64,000 nt of DNA from Chitinophagales bacterium (GCA_038226035.1 JBBRQS010000003.1:61351-125350), one strand, 5' to 3'; positions 20,529-30,645 are shown, numbered from the stretch's first letter. The notes: generated by a model from the letters alone, not told the origin. Made by a program: numbers and translations.

Positions 20529-21182
20529 TTGAAAATTAAAGCTGTCGGCATAACGAATTTAACGGACGCCCGGTATTTTGCAGCGCAAGGTGCCGAGTGG
20601 ATGCATTTTGATTTCAGAATCACCTCACCGTTTTATATCGAATCGGCAAATGCGGAAGCAATTATGAATTGGGTAGATGGAATTGATTTTGCGGGAGAAT
20701 GGGCAACGCATGATGTAGATATATTGAATCAGAATTTGCGCGATACACACATCAAAGCCATACAAATCGGAGAAGATTTTCCGATTGAAAACATTCCGCT
20801 CATTGAAGCAGATACCGTTTTCAGAAAAATTTTTGTTTTTGAACATATTGACAGTGCGGCGTTGCAAGCACGTATAGACATCGGGCAATTAAATTCCGAA
20901 ATAAGCCATTCGAAGCGCGTCATTACCGAAATTATTTTTCCGAAAAACGGTTTTCACGGTTGGTTTGGTGGCGATAATCCAACAAATTTTGCGTCATTAA
21001 AACATTTAACCGAAAAATTTTCCGTTTCTTTGGATATTAATTTCAACGAAAATGATTGGGTGCAATTAAAACAGCTCGATTTGTATGCGCTGTGTTTGCA
21101 TGGTGGTGAAGAAGAACAAGTAGGCGTAAAATCTTATGATGCATTGGATAATATTTTTGATGCTTTGTCTGTTTACGATTGA
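20529..21182 (+). CDS. TrpF-like (phosphoribosylanthranilate isomerase family) protein, divergent
   Basis: TTG start. N-terminus KIKAVGITNLTDARYFAAQGAEWMHFDF resembles the PRAI pattern K.CGIT...DA......GAD..GF. The rest is divergent. Confidence 0.4.
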   Translation: MKIKAVGITNLTDARYFAAQGAEWMHFDFRITSPFYIESANAEAIMNWVDGIDFAGEWATHDVDILNQNLRDTHIKAIQIGEDFPIENIPLIEADTVFRKIFVFEHIDSAALQARIDIGQLNSEISHSKRVITEIIFPKNGFHGWFGGDNPTNFASLKHLTEKFSVSLDINFNENDWVQLKQLDLYALCLHGGEEEQVGVKSYDALDNIFDALSVYD

Positions 21183-21361
21183 AAGCGCATTGAGTTTAAA
21201 GGAATTTCGTTACCGGCAAAAGTGCGGTAATAACAGCGCGAAAATAGTTACTATTGCAATTTTGCCGGTGAGAATTATTTGCCGGTTCTGTGTTAATTTT
21301 TTTGTATTTTATTTTTAACGGAATATCTTTACACTGTATTTCAAGTATAAAATTTTAGACG

Positions 21362-21748
21362 ATGAAAAAATTCACCATTTTTACACTTTTCTGCGTTTAT
21401 ACGTTGGTATTGAATGCGCAGATATCCGCCGAATCAACTAATTTTTCGGCACCGACTTCCGGTTCGTTTCTCAATAAATTTGAACGCCGAGAACTTCGCA
21501 TAGCACACACCCTCAAATTAGATGTCGTACAACTCAAATCTTTAGATGATATTAACGATACCTACGTCACGCAAGTAGCCGCGCTGTACGACAACAAAAA
21601 TTTATCCAAGAAAAACAGAAAAGCGGATATTTACAACTTGAAAAAATCGCGCCGCGAAAATTTCGAGATGATGCTTTCTCCCGTTCAATTGCAACAATGG
21701 CAGGAGATGCGCAAATCAAAACAGAAAAAAGTTTTCAGGAGAAAATAA
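21362..21748 (+). CDS. hypothetical exported protein
   Basis: Signal peptide MKKFTIFTLFCVYTLVLNAQ, basic helical remainder, followed by a strong terminator. Confidence 0.5.
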   Translation: MKKFTIFTLFCVYTLVLNAQISAESTNFSAPTSGSFLNKFERRELRIAHTLKLDVVQLKSLDDINDTYVTQVAALYDNKNLSKKNRKADIYNLKKSRRENFEMMLSPVQLQQWQEMRKSKQKKVFRRK

Positions 21749-21797
21749 TTTTTGGGAATAATTTTTTAAAAATTTTTTGTGAAAATTATTTAAGAAT

Positions 21798-21838
21798 AAA
21801 AAAATCCGCGCGAAAATTTTTTCGCGCGGATTTTTTTA
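21798..21838. terminator. bidirectional rho-independent terminator
   Basis: aaaaaaatccgcgcgaaaa tt ttttcgcgcggattttttt between convergent genes. Confidence 0.8.
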
Positions 21839-21885
21839 TTCTTACTAAAAAAAATTCGGTAAAAATTATAAAAAAATTAAAAACA

Positions 21886-22293
21886 TTACTCCTCTTCCGG
21901 TTTAAATATCCGCAGTAATTCGTCGTCAATCCTGCGTAATTTATGTGTGACGGCATCCAATGCTACCCAAACACTTTTAGATTTTACGATCAATTGATTG
22001 TCTGAAACGCGATAAATTTCGCACAAACGTTCCCAAGTGGCAGCGGTATGTTTACCTGCACGCGTCGTTACCAATAAATGATCCCCTAAAACGGCGGGGC
22101 GCAAATAATCAATTTCATGACGACGCACGACCCAAACTACATTTGATCGAAGCGCATCCGGCGCGGCAAACTCCCAATGCGCTACAGCAATATCTTGAAT
22201 ATACTGAACGTACACGACATTATTCACGTGATTGAGCGCGTCAATATCGGTTGCTGCTACTCGGATTTGCAGTTCAAAGGTAGGAACGGACAA
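21886..22293 (-). CDS. acyl-CoA thioesterase, 4HBT/YbgC-like hotdog fold
   Basis: ATDIDALNHVNNVVYVQYIQD motif near the N-terminus and about 135 aa. Confidence 0.75.
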   Translation of the reverse strand: MSVPTFELQIRVAATDIDALNHVNNVVYVQYIQDIAVAHWEFAAPDALRSNVVWVVRRHEIDYLRPAVLGDHLLVTTRAGKHTAATWERLCEIYRVSDNQLIVKSKSVWVALDAVTHKLRRIDDELLRIFKPEEE

Positions 22294-22321
22294 ATTGGAA
22301 ATAATTTATTTAATAAGTTTT

Positions 22322-22933
22322 TTACGATTTTCGCCGATTAATTTCATCTCGGATAAATGCGGCTTGTTCGTAATCTTCGTTTTTCAGCACTTCCGATAGT
22401 TGGCGTTCCAATTCATCGAGCGGTAAACCCGAAAGCGATTCGCGACTTTCCGGTACAGTGCCGCCCGAACTTTGCGGAATTTTCGGATTACTTTTTACGG
22501 GGCGCAATTTCGTGTCATCACTTTCTTCCAAAGCCACGCCGGCTGTTTCCAAAATAAAATCGTAGGTATAAATCGGACAATTGTAGCGTACCGCCATCGC
22601 CAAAGCATCGCTTGAACGGCTGTCAATTTCAAATACTTCACCGTTGCGGACACATACCAATCGCGCGTAAAATACGCCGTCCAACAAATTATTGATAATA
22701 ATTTCGCGCATTTCTATACCGAAAACATCCAAAGTATTTTTCAATAGATCGTGAGTCAGCGGACGGTTCGGCGATATGCGTTCAACGGCGACCGCAATCG
22801 CTTGCGCTTCGAAGGCGCCGATGATAATCGGCAAGCGCCGATTGCCGCGTTGTTCGCCCAGAATTACGGCGTAATTGTGTGTTTGTGTCATACTCGGCTG
22901 TAAGCCGATGATATCCAATGCAATTTTTTTCAT
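22322..22933 (-). CDS. bifunctional nuclease (BFN/DUF151) family protein with UVR motif
   Basis: YAVILGE....RRLPIIIGAFEAQAIA, PLTHDL and the C-terminal EDYEQAAFIRDEI UvrB/C-like motif. Confidence 0.75.
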   Translation of the reverse strand: MKKIALDIIGLQPSMTQTHNYAVILGEQRGNRRLPIIIGAFEAQAIAVAVERISPNRPLTHDLLKNTLDVFGIEMREIIINNLLDGVFYARLVCVRNGEVFEIDSRSSDALAMAVRYNCPIYTYDFILETAGVALEESDDTKLRPVKSNPKIPQSSGGTVPESRESLSGLPLDELERQLSEVLKNEDYEQAAFIRDEINRRKS

Positions 22934-22984
22934 AAAACTTAACAGTGTATCGATAAACGCCGCAAAGTTAATAAAATTAGGTTA

Positions 22985-23635
22985 TTAACCTAAAAATTCT
23001 TCGGGTGTAACTTGCGTATAATTTTCAATCACTTTTATCACCGATGCAAAAGTGGCTGCTATAAATGCCGGATAAGTGGTGGTGAGTATGACGGACCGCA
23101 TACCGCCGTTGAACGCTGCCATGCCGCCGCTCGGCACATCTTCAAATACGATACAGTTTTCGGGTGCAATATCGATTTGTTGCGCCGCTTTCAAAAAAGT
23201 ATCGGGACTGGGTTTGCCGTGTTCTATTTCGTCGGCAGTGACGATAGCAGAAAGTAAAGCGCGTACACCGAGTTTATCCACTATCCAATCGCAATTTTTC
23301 CGGATTGACCCTGTCGCGATGGCTATCGGAATACCCATCGCGCGCGCTTTTTCCATAAAAGGCACTAAACCTTTTACGGGTGCAAAATGAGGCGCGAAAT
23401 ACTGCCGATAACGCGCTTCTTTGTGCAAACCGAAATTTTCGAGTTCTTCATCGGAAGCATCTCTGTTAAAAAAACGGCGATAGGCTTCTCTGTTATTACC
23501 GTAAGCCTTGAATTGTACTTCGTGAAGCGTGCAGTAAATACCGCGTTCGGCTAAAACCGCTTGCCATGCCAATTCGTGGTAATGCATATTATCCACTATA
23601 GTGCCGTCCATGTCTAAAATAAATCCTAAATTCAT
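22985..23635 (-). CDS. HAD-superfamily hydrolase (beta-phosphoglucomutase-like)
   Basis: DMDGTIVDN motif I, ATGS motif II, HGKPSPD and FEDVPSGG motifs III/IV. Confidence 0.8.
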   Translation of the reverse strand: MNLGFILDMDGTIVDNMHYHELAWQAVLAERGIYCTLHEVQFKAYGNNREAYRRFFNRDASDEELENFGLHKEARYRQYFAPHFAPVKGLVPFMEKARAMGIPIAIATGSIRKNCDWIVDKLGVRALLSAIVTADEIEHGKPSPDTFLKAAQQIDIAPENCIVFEDVPSGGMAAFNGGMRSVILTTTYPAFIAATFASVIKVIENYTQVTPEEFLG

Positions 23636-23881
23636 TTCGATATTGATTTTGCGGATATTGTTTTAAGAAAATAATTTTGAAAATTAATTACTACTTTATT
23701 AAAATTTAATTCCTAAGAATCACAAAACTAATATTTTTAAACAAAAACTGTCGTCCGAGTGTTACAATTTTTTAGACAATCAAATTCAGTTACCTGTTTA
23801 TTTCTCTGAAAAAATACGTGTGATTTAATTATTTTTTATATCTTTGCTCTCTTATATTTTCCAACGGATATCTTAAACGCG

Positions 23882-24412
23882 ATGCCAACTCCTTCTTCCG
23901 ACGAATATATTATAGATTTGCTCCGCCATCGGGACACGAAAGGTGTGAGTCTGATGTATGATAAATATGCTTCCGCGCTATTGGGTGTCGTGTTGCGTGT
24001 TGTACAGTCCAAAGAAATTGCAGAAGAAGTTTTGCAAGATGTCTTTTCTAAGTCATGGCGTAACTTCGAGAGTTTCGATACGTCTAAAGGAAAACTTTTT
24101 ACTTGGTTGATAAATATAGCTCGGAACGCTGCAATTGATGCCACCCGATCAAAAGGTTTCAATAGGAAAAACCAAAGTATCGAAAATGTCGTAAATAGTA
24201 TAGACGAACAATACCAGACAATTACTAATCCGGATACAATGGATGTGCGCTTTTTGGCACAAAAACTGTCGTCAGATCAGTATGCGCTCATAGATTTAAT
24301 TTATTTTAAAGGTTTTACGCAAGCCGAGGCATCCGAAGAACTGAATATACCGTTAGGTACAGTAAAAACGCGCGTTCGTACCGCGATAAATGTACTGAGA
24401 ACACTGTTTTAA
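23882..24412 (+). CDS. ECF-type RNA polymerase sigma-70 factor
   Basis: Region 2 (AEEVLQDVFSKSWRN...TWLINIARNAAID) and region 4 (FTQAEASEELNIPLGTVKTRVR). Confidence 0.85.
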   Translation: MPTPSSDEYIIDLLRHRDTKGVSLMYDKYASALLGVVLRVVQSKEIAEEVLQDVFSKSWRNFESFDTSKGKLFTWLINIARNAAIDATRSKGFNRKNQSIENVVNSIDEQYQTITNPDTMDVRFLAQKLSSDQYALIDLIYFKGFTQAEASEELNIPLGTVKTRVRTAINVLRTLF

Positions 24413-24413
24413 A

Positions 24414-24437
24414 AGTATGAAGTATGAAGTATGAAGT
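24414..24437. repeat. heptamer array (AGTATGA)x3 plus a degenerate inverted partner near 24465-24497
   Basis: agtatgaagtatgaagtatgaagt starts 2 nt after the sigma-factor stop. Downstream, ...ctacttcata... is only partly complementary. Confidence 0.7.
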
Positions 24438-24521
24438 TTAAAATCATTAAAGCTTATAGACCATAATTCATAAACTCTACTTCATAATTTATAATTTTTT
24501 AAAGCTGTTTCAGCAATTACT

Positions 24522-25310
24522 ATGACTGTTCAAGATCTTATAGAATCAGGTTACATAGAGTTATACGTCATGGGTGCGCTTCCTGAGGAGGAAAGTATTC
24601 ATCTGGAACGTATGGCTGCATCGTATCCGGAAGTAAGAGCGGAAATAGAAAAAGTAGAAGCTGCTTTGCACGGGTTGGCTATTAAGCAAGCTGTTACCCC
24701 GCGCCCTTCTTTGAAAGCCGAAATTTTAGAAAATATAGGTGACGGAAATGCAGAAACATACACAACCGGTAATAATTCGGTACACTCGATACCGGTAGCA
24801 CCTGCAAAACCGACGTTGAATTTGGCCCAAGTTCTGCCGTATATGCTGTCATTGATTTTAGGTACGACAGCTTTTTATTTTTATAGCGAGAGAAACAAAA
24901 CTCAAACAGAACAATCAGCTTGTGCTGTTTCGGATAAAACCAAGCAAGAAGAAATTGCGCGCTTGAATCATACTATAGATATTTTGCGCGACCCGAACAC
25001 TAAATTCGTACAATTGAAAGGTTTAAAACTTTCGCCGCAAGCTAAAGTAATGGTATACTGGAACAAAACCACGAAAGAAACTTTCTTGAACATAGCCGAT
25101 TTGCCGCAACCGCCATCGGATAAACAATATCAACTTTGGGCAATCGTGAATACGAAACCCGTCGATGCCGGCGTTTTCGATCTGGATTTTCAGAAAGTAC
25201 AACGCATGAAAGATTTCGATGCTGCCGAAGCATTTGCTGTTACTCTGGAACAAAAAGGCGGAAGCCAAGCACCCAATTTAGATAAAATGTACGCTATGGG
25301 CGCGCTTTAA
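24522..25310 (+). CDS. anti-sigma factor (RskA-like)
   Basis: Directly follows the ECF sigma gene. Central TM helix. C-terminal YQLWAI....VDAGVF....FAVTLE.KGGS..P pattern of the anti-sigma-K/RskA domain. Confidence 0.7.
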   Translation: MTVQDLIESGYIELYVMGALPEEESIHLERMAASYPEVRAEIEKVEAALHGLAIKQAVTPRPSLKAEILENIGDGNAETYTTGNNSVHSIPVAPAKPTLNLAQVLPYMLSLILGTTAFYFYSERNKTQTEQSACAVSDKTKQEEIARLNHTIDILRDPNTKFVQLKGLKLSPQAKVMVYWNKTTKETFLNIADLPQPPSDKQYQLWAIVNTKPVDAGVFDLDFQKVQRMKDFDAAEAFAVTLEQKGGSQAPNLDKMYAMGAL

Positions 25311-25336
25311 AAAATTGCCTCCGAAAGATAACCACT

Positions 25337-26101
25337 ATGGTGAAGTGTTTTTTTATGTTTTTTTTATGTTTTTCCGCAACCGCATTTGCGCAAACTGCCC
25401 ATATAATATTGCGCGAAGCCGATGCGCGATACACCGATAAAAATTACGAGGAAGCCGAAAAAAAATACGCTGAAGCCGCCAAATCGGACCAGAGCGGTAA
25501 AGCTCAATACAACGCCGGCAATGCCGACTTCGAACAACAACATTATGACGATGCAGTGAAAAATTACGAAGACGCCATTGAACGCAGCTCAGACAATATC
25601 AAATCGCGCGCCTTGTACAACTTAGGCAATGCGCAATTAGCAAAAAATGAATTCGATAAAGCCGTAGAAGCCTACAAAAATGCGTTGCGCATCCGACCGA
25701 ATGATGCCGATACCAAAAAAAATTTAGCTTTCGCTAAAAAGCAACAACAACAACAACAACAACAAAAAAACAAAGACGATAAAGAAAAAAACGATAAACA
25801 AAATAAAAATCCGCAACAAAAAGACAAAACGGGCGATAAAAACAATCCGCAATCGCAAAAAAATAATGACCAACCGCAAAACGGGAATAATCAAGACTCG
25901 AAAAATCAACAAAAAAATCCGTCTCAAAACCCGAATGTTAATCCGCAATCGTCAACCGACAATCAACAACCCGCAACAATGAACAAGGACGAAGCCAACC
26001 GAATGTTGCGCATCATGGATGACGAAGAACGAAAAGTTCAGGCGCGCCAAATGAAAAAAAACGGCAAACCGGAGTTCGTACGACCGAAAAAGGACTGGTA
26101 A
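25337..26101 (+). CDS. TPR-repeat protein with Q/N/K-rich low-complexity tail (BatC-like)
   Basis: Signal peptide, three TPR-like units (YNAGNA.., YNLGNAQL..), Q8 run and N/Q/K/D-rich segment, conserved C-terminal DEANRMLRIMDDEERK. Confidence 0.65.
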   Translation: MVKCFFMFFLCFSATAFAQTAHIILREADARYTDKNYEEAEKKYAEAAKSDQSGKAQYNAGNADFEQQHYDDAVKNYEDAIERSSDNIKSRALYNLGNAQLAKNEFDKAVEAYKNALRIRPNDADTKKNLAFAKKQQQQQQQQKNKDDKEKNDKQNKNPQQKDKTGDKNNPQSQKNNDQPQNGNNQDSKNQQKNPSQNPNVNPQSSTDNQQPATMNKDEANRMLRIMDDEERKVQARQMKKNGKPEFVRPKKDW

Positions 26102-26228
26102 GTTTTTTCGTAAAAAATTCCCTGAAAAAGGTTGTGTCTAAAATCCCCTAATAAAATCGTAACTTTGTTTTTTTTTGCGATAATCGGAAAGCACTTTACC
26201 GATGTTGAACGTTTAAACATATTATATT

Positions 26229-27272
26229 TTGCCGGAAATAATTTCTAAATCAGATATACGCGCCCTGTCATTGCCGCAACTCACGGAAAGCATCACCGGG
26301 TTGGGTGAAAAAAAGTTTCGTGCCTCACAAATTCACGATTGGCTCTGGAAAAAATCGGCTGTATCGTTCGGGGAAATGACAAATATTTCCAACGAATTGC
26401 GAATGCAGTTGGAAACCAATTTCATCATCAACACCATCGCCGAAGATAAAATACAGAAAAGTTTCGACGGCACACTCAAAGCGCGTTACCGTTTGCACGA
26501 CGGTTATTTTATAGAAACCGTTCTCATTCCGGTGCCTTTGGATAATCGGTTTACGGTTTGTGTATCCACGCAAGTCGGTTGCAGCCTTACGTGCAAGTTT
26601 TGCGCCACCGGACAAATGGGACGCGTTCGGAATTTGGAACCGGCGGAAATTTACGACCAAGTCGTCGCCATGAATCGTTATGCGATGTCGGTGTACAATC
26701 ATCCGGTCACTAATATCGTGTATATGGGTATGGGCGAACCGTTGCTGACTTACAAAAACACTTTGGAAAGCGTAACGCGCATCAGTGAAGGCTTGACTTT
26801 TTCGCCCAAACGCATAACGGTATCCACTGCCGGTATTGCAAAAATGATAAGAAAATTGGGTGACGATGATGTTAAATTCAATCTCGCATTGTCGCTTCAT
26901 GCTGCCGACGATATGAAACGCAACGAAATTATGCCCATCAACGAGCAAAATAATTTAGACGTTTTGATTGATGCGCTCGAACATTTTTACAATAAAACCC
27001 GCAACCGCATCACTTACGAATACATCGCCTTCAAAGATTTTAACGACGACCTGAATGATGCTGCACGATTAGTGCGCCTGTGCAAAAAATTTCCGGTGCG
27101 CGTGAACATTATTGAATACAACACAGTAGAAGGCTTGGATTTCGTTAAAAGCGACGACAATAAAATAGACACTTTCGCCGCTTATCTCAACGATAAAGGT
27201 ATTGCAGTTACTGTCCGCAAATCGCGCGGAAAAGATATTGATGCCGCTTGCGGACAATTAGCGAATAAATAG
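26229..27272 (+). CDS. rlmN: 23S rRNA (adenine2503-C2)-methyltransferase, radical SAM
   Basis: FRASQIHDWLW, CxxxCxxC cluster CSLTCKFCATG, GMGEPL, C-terminal DIDAACGQL. TTG start. Confidence 0.9.
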   Translation: MPEIISKSDIRALSLPQLTESITGLGEKKFRASQIHDWLWKKSAVSFGEMTNISNELRMQLETNFIINTIAEDKIQKSFDGTLKARYRLHDGYFIETVLIPVPLDNRFTVCVSTQVGCSLTCKFCATGQMGRVRNLEPAEIYDQVVAMNRYAMSVYNHPVTNIVYMGMGEPLLTYKNTLESVTRISEGLTFSPKRITVSTAGIAKMIRKLGDDDVKFNLALSLHAADDMKRNEIMPINEQNNLDVLIDALEHFYNKTRNRITYEYIAFKDFNDDLNDAARLVRLCKKFPVRVNIIEYNTVEGLDFVKSDDNKIDTFAAYLNDKGIAVTVRKSRGKDIDAACGQLANK

Positions 27273-27327
27273 ATTTCATACCTCATTCTTCTGAAATCAT
27301 ACTTAATCAAATTTAAAACACGAATCT

Positions 27328-27795
27328 ATGACACGTACACGCAAAATATTGTTTTTTCCGGCAATGGCACTTTGTTTTGCCGGTACTTTTTATGTTATAC
27401 AATGTCGTCCGAAAGCGGACGATAATAAAACGACGATTACAACTTCACCCGCTACCACTCTTGCAATTGATACACTCTCGGAGTCGGCAGCAACTACATT
27501 AAGAAACGATTCCGTTATGCCGCGTAGCGGTATTGTGGCGAAAAATATTTCCGCGCTCGTGGATACTTTATTTGTCGGTGTAGACTCGGAGGGTATTACA
27601 TATTTGGGTGCAAAAAAACCGGGTGTTGATTTCCTGCGCCGGCAATTGATAGATTCTCTAATAACTTTGAAAAAGCAAACCGGAAAATATCCGAATAAAA
27701 TTAAAGTGCGTACGCGCGGCGACGTGTTGATGGGTGCGCGCGGTGCAGTACAAGATGTGATACAGGAAGCAAAAGACAGTTTAAAAATAAAATAA
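27328..27795 (+). CDS. hypothetical membrane-anchored protein (weak ExbD/TolR-like C-terminus)
   Basis: N-terminal TM helix. C-terminal ...KVRTRGDVLMGARGAVQDVIQEAK is reminiscent of ExbD, but the match is weak. Confidence 0.4.
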   Translation: MTRTRKILFFPAMALCFAGTFYVIQCRPKADDNKTTITTSPATTLAIDTLSESAATTLRNDSVMPRSGIVAKNISALVDTLFVGVDSEGITYLGAKKPGVDFLRRQLIDSLITLKKQTGKYPNKIKVRTRGDVLMGARGAVQDVIQEAKDSLKIK

Positions 27796-27970
27796 GATTT
27801 ACATATTTATCGGAAATTAAATCCGAAATACGGCTTATTCCGTAAATTTATTTCAATAATTGAAACTGTTTTTCAGTTTACACAGAATGATGCCGAAAAT
27901 CTGTAAAAAAGAGTAAGCCGCGATTACCGAAAAGCGCACGAGTAGGTATAGTTTTTTAAAATTTATTAAA

Positions 27971-28408
27971 ATGAAACGTTTTTTACAAACACTTTTACTT
28001 TTTATCGCTCTTTTGAGCGTGCAAACAGGTTTTTCGGCTGCTGTTATTCACCACTACGGAACCGAACTTTCAAGCACGGCACCTGCCATTGATCTCGCCA
28101 CTTTCAAAGTAAAAGACTATGAATTGATGACGGGAAAAAAAATGACATTCAAGGAAAAGATTGTTTTTTATTTTGCCAAACGCGCTTTGGCGCATGTTTC
28201 AAAAACCGTTGATGCCGATACTTTGCAAAAAAAAGTCGGTATGGATTTGAGCGATTTTAGTTTAGGAGGTTTTTTATTAGGCTTGCTTTTCAGTTTATTG
28301 GGCGTTTTGGTTGCACTTTTGTTCGGCGGTAATGCTGTTAAATGGGCTTGGCGCGGATTTTTGGTAGGTCTTCTGATAACGTTGCTTTATTATGTTTTCA
28401 AAAAATAA
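27971..28408 (+). CDS. hypothetical membrane protein
   Basis: Signal peptide plus two C-terminal G/L-rich TM helices. Confidence 0.45.
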   Translation: MKRFLQTLLLFIALLSVQTGFSAAVIHHYGTELSSTAPAIDLATFKVKDYELMTGKKMTFKEKIVFYFAKRALAHVSKTVDADTLQKKVGMDLSDFSLGGFLLGLLFSLLGVLVALLFGGNAVKWAWRGFLVGLLITLLYYVFKK

Positions 28409-28427
28409 TTTATACGATCTCCTTATT

Positions 28428-28580
28428 AACGTGAGTTCGGAGATTTTTCAGTATAAAATGCAACTCTTTTCGCTCCGTTCTCCATTCTTCGGCGCGGAGA
28501 AGCCGAGAATTTCTAGAAAAGAGTTGCGTTTTATATTTCTGTTGGGTGTGGTTTAATGTAAAAATCTACGAACTCACGTT
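28428..28580. mobile_element. MITE-like element with 18-nt terminal inverted repeats (family copy 2)
   Basis: Left end aacgtgagttcggagatt is identical to copy 1. Right end aatctacgaactcacgtt matches the reverse complement at 17/18. The palindromic core differs from copy 1. TATT is present on both flanks. Confidence 0.55.
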
Positions 28581-28605
28581 TATTATATTAAAAAGCAAAT
28601 CGGAA

Positions 28606-28681
28606 TAACAAAAACAGCGATGAACGATATTTTTTTACCGAAAATACGGTAATTAAAAACTTGTTCATCGCTGTTTTTGTT
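28606..28681. repeat. 19-bp perfect inverted repeat with nested hairpin
   Basis: aacaaaaacagcgatgaac ... gttcatcgctgtttttgtt, with an inner accg aaaata cggt hairpin. Confidence 0.6.
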
Positions 28682-28717
28682 AATTCTATTTTTGTTTTAT
28701 AAATTCAATAATCAATT

Positions 28718-29296
28718 ATGCACACCATTAAAATTGCAAAAACACAACACAACGTCCATGAATTTTTCAAAAATCGTTGGAGCCCACTTAGCTATTCCGG
28801 CCAACCTTTGCACGATGAGGATATAATTACATTGATTGAAGCCGCAAGTTGGTCGTTCAGCAGTAATAATATACAACCTTGGCGGTTTATTTACGCACTT
28901 AAAGGCTCCGAAATTTTTCAAAAAATTTTGGATACTTTAATGCCCGGCAATATAACTTGGGCAAAAAACGCCGCAGCTTTTGTAGTCGGTATTACTAAAA
29001 CTAATTTGGATAAAGAAGGAAACCCGCCAAACGGTGCTGCGGAAATGGATTTAGGTTCTGCCTATATGCTGCTGATATTACAAGCACTGACGATGAAAAT
29101 TTATGCGCATCCGATGGGTGGTTTCGATAAAACAAAACTTTCAACTATCTTTGAACTTGACCAATATTTAAAACCGATGGTGGTCATTGCATTGGGTTAT
29201 TTAGATGTAGCCGAAAAACTCAACGAGCCTTATCTCACCAGAGAATTATCGCCGCGTATGCGCAAACCTTTGAGCGAAATAATATTAAAGAAATAA
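28718..29296 (+). CDS. nitroreductase family protein
   Basis: RWSPLSYSGQPL...IIEAASWSFSSNNIQPWRFIY pattern and about 190 aa. Confidence 0.8.
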   Translation: MHTIKIAKTQHNVHEFFKNRWSPLSYSGQPLHDEDIITLIEAASWSFSSNNIQPWRFIYALKGSEIFQKILDTLMPGNITWAKNAAAFVVGITKTNLDKEGNPPNGAAEMDLGSAYMLLILQALTMKIYAHPMGGFDKTKLSTIFELDQYLKPMVVIALGYLDVAEKLNEPYLTRELSPRMRKPLSEIILKK

Positions 29297-29303
29297 TCCG
29301 GAA

Positions 29304-30551
29304 ATGCTGCAAACCACTAAAATTACAATTCTCGGTGCCGGTCCTGCCGGTGCCTGTGCGGCTTTAAAATTAAATAAATTAGGGATTGACGTGGTGTTGA
29401 TAGATAAAGCACAATTTCCGCGCGATAAAATTTGCGGCGACGGCATTAGTCACCGCGTCGTAGATATTATGAAGCGTTGGCTGTATCCTGAACTTTACGA
29501 AAGGTTTTGCGCCGAAAAAAATATTCAACTCGACTCGTGGGGTTTGCGCGTGGAAGGTACGCGCGAAAACAGTTTCGAAATCGGTTATCGCGCCGATTAC
29601 GATATGCAGCACGACGCACCACCCGGATTTATTTGTAAACGCATTTGGTTCGATAATTTTTTGGTAGAAGAAGTTCGCACAGCACCGCGCATTAAATTTT
29701 ACGAAAATACAGAAATTTCTCATTTTGAAAAACACGGCGATGTCTGGCATTTATCGGATAAGTCGGGCGATTTTCAATTAGAAACGTCTTTATTAATTGT
29801 TGCTGATGGTGCGCAATCGCGGTTTGCGCGCAAAATTGCAGGTATCAGCATTGATCCGAAACATTACATGGCGAGCGTGAAGGCTTACTATAAAAATATT
29901 TCCGGTTTCCGGCGCGAACACTTGCTCGAATTTTATTTTCTGGATACTTTTTTACCCGGCTATTTCTGGATTTTTCCATTGCCGAACGGCGAAGCGAATG
30001 TCGGCATAGCAATTGTTGCCGAAACGGTGCAAAAGCGGAAACTCAATTTGCATAAATGTTTGCAGGAAGTCATTGAGTCCGAAAAATTTCGCACACGTTT
30101 TGCCGATGCACAACTTATCGGCGATGTACAAGGTTTCGGTTTACCGTTGGCAAGTAAAAAAAGGAATTTATCCGGCGATGCTTATATGCTCACAGGCGAT
30201 GCGGGTAGTTTGATTGATCCGCTCGCAGGCGAAGGTATTGCGAACGCAATGTTGTCCGGTGTCGTTGCGGCAGAACAAGCGGCAGTGTGTATTCGGGAAA
30301 ATAATTTTTCGGCATCCAAACTCAAAGACTACGATACACGCATTTATCGTATTCGCGGGCAGGAGTTTCAATTCGGTTATTGGTTGCAAAGACGATTTAA
30401 AAGTCAAAGATTTTTTAACAGCTTAGCTTGGTTCGTGAATCGGAATAAACAATTAGCGCGCACCTTAGCATTTGCTTTCAATGATGTGAATTTAACAAAA
30501 CAATTGAGGAGTCCGGCGTATTGGTGGAAAGTATTGCGAAATAAAGCATAA
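29304..30551 (+). CDS. FAD-dependent oxidoreductase, geranylgeranyl reductase family
   Basis: GAGPAGACAA dinucleotide-binding motif, DKAQFPRDKICGDGI, VADGAQS, GDAGSLIDPLAGEGI. Confidence 0.8.
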   Translation: MLQTTKITILGAGPAGACAALKLNKLGIDVVLIDKAQFPRDKICGDGISHRVVDIMKRWLYPELYERFCAEKNIQLDSWGLRVEGTRENSFEIGYRADYDMQHDAPPGFICKRIWFDNFLVEEVRTAPRIKFYENTEISHFEKHGDVWHLSDKSGDFQLETSLLIVADGAQSRFARKIAGISIDPKHYMASVKAYYKNISGFRREHLLEFYFLDTFLPGYFWIFPLPNGEANVGIAIVAETVQKRKLNLHKCLQEVIESEKFRTRFADAQLIGDVQGFGLPLASKKRNLSGDAYMLTGDAGSLIDPLAGEGIANAMLSGVVAAEQAAVCIRENNFSASKLKDYDTRIYRIRGQEFQFGYWLQRRFKSQRFFNSLAWFVNRNKQLARTLAFAFNDVNLTKQLRSPAYWWKVLRNKA

Positions 30552-30570
30552 ACACGAAATAGTTTCATCG

Positions 30571-30642
30571 TGGTCTCGACAGGAATCGAACCTGTATCTA
30601 AAGTTTAGGAAACTTCTATTCTATCCGTTGAACTACGAAACC
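30571..30642 (-). tRNA. tRNA-Arg (anticodon CCT)
   Basis: Reverse complement GGTTTCGTAGTTCAACGGATAGAATAGAAGTTTCCTAAACTTTAGATACAGGTTCGATTCCTGTCGAGACCA folds as a cloverleaf: 7-bp acceptor stem, anticodon loop TTCCTAA, TTCGATT T-loop. CCA is not encoded. Confidence 0.85.
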
Positions 30643-30645
30643 GGA

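Noticed and set aside
25724-25948. 74-aa poly-Leu/Ile minus-strand ORF
   Set aside because: It is the reverse complement of the CAA/AAA-rich low-complexity coding segment of the TPR protein.
25337-26101. Bat (Bacteroides aerotolerance) operon
   Set aside because: Only a BatC-like TPR protein is present. No vWA (BatA/BatB) or BatD/E genes are adjacent.
26325-26948. 207-aa minus-strand ORF inside rlmN (similar cases: 34142-34561, 40631-41167, 53244-53633, 13038-13373, 29379-29750, 6172-6489)
   Set aside because: These are antisense shadow ORFs lying entirely within strongly supported genes. Their composition is odd and R/H/F-rich, with no start context.
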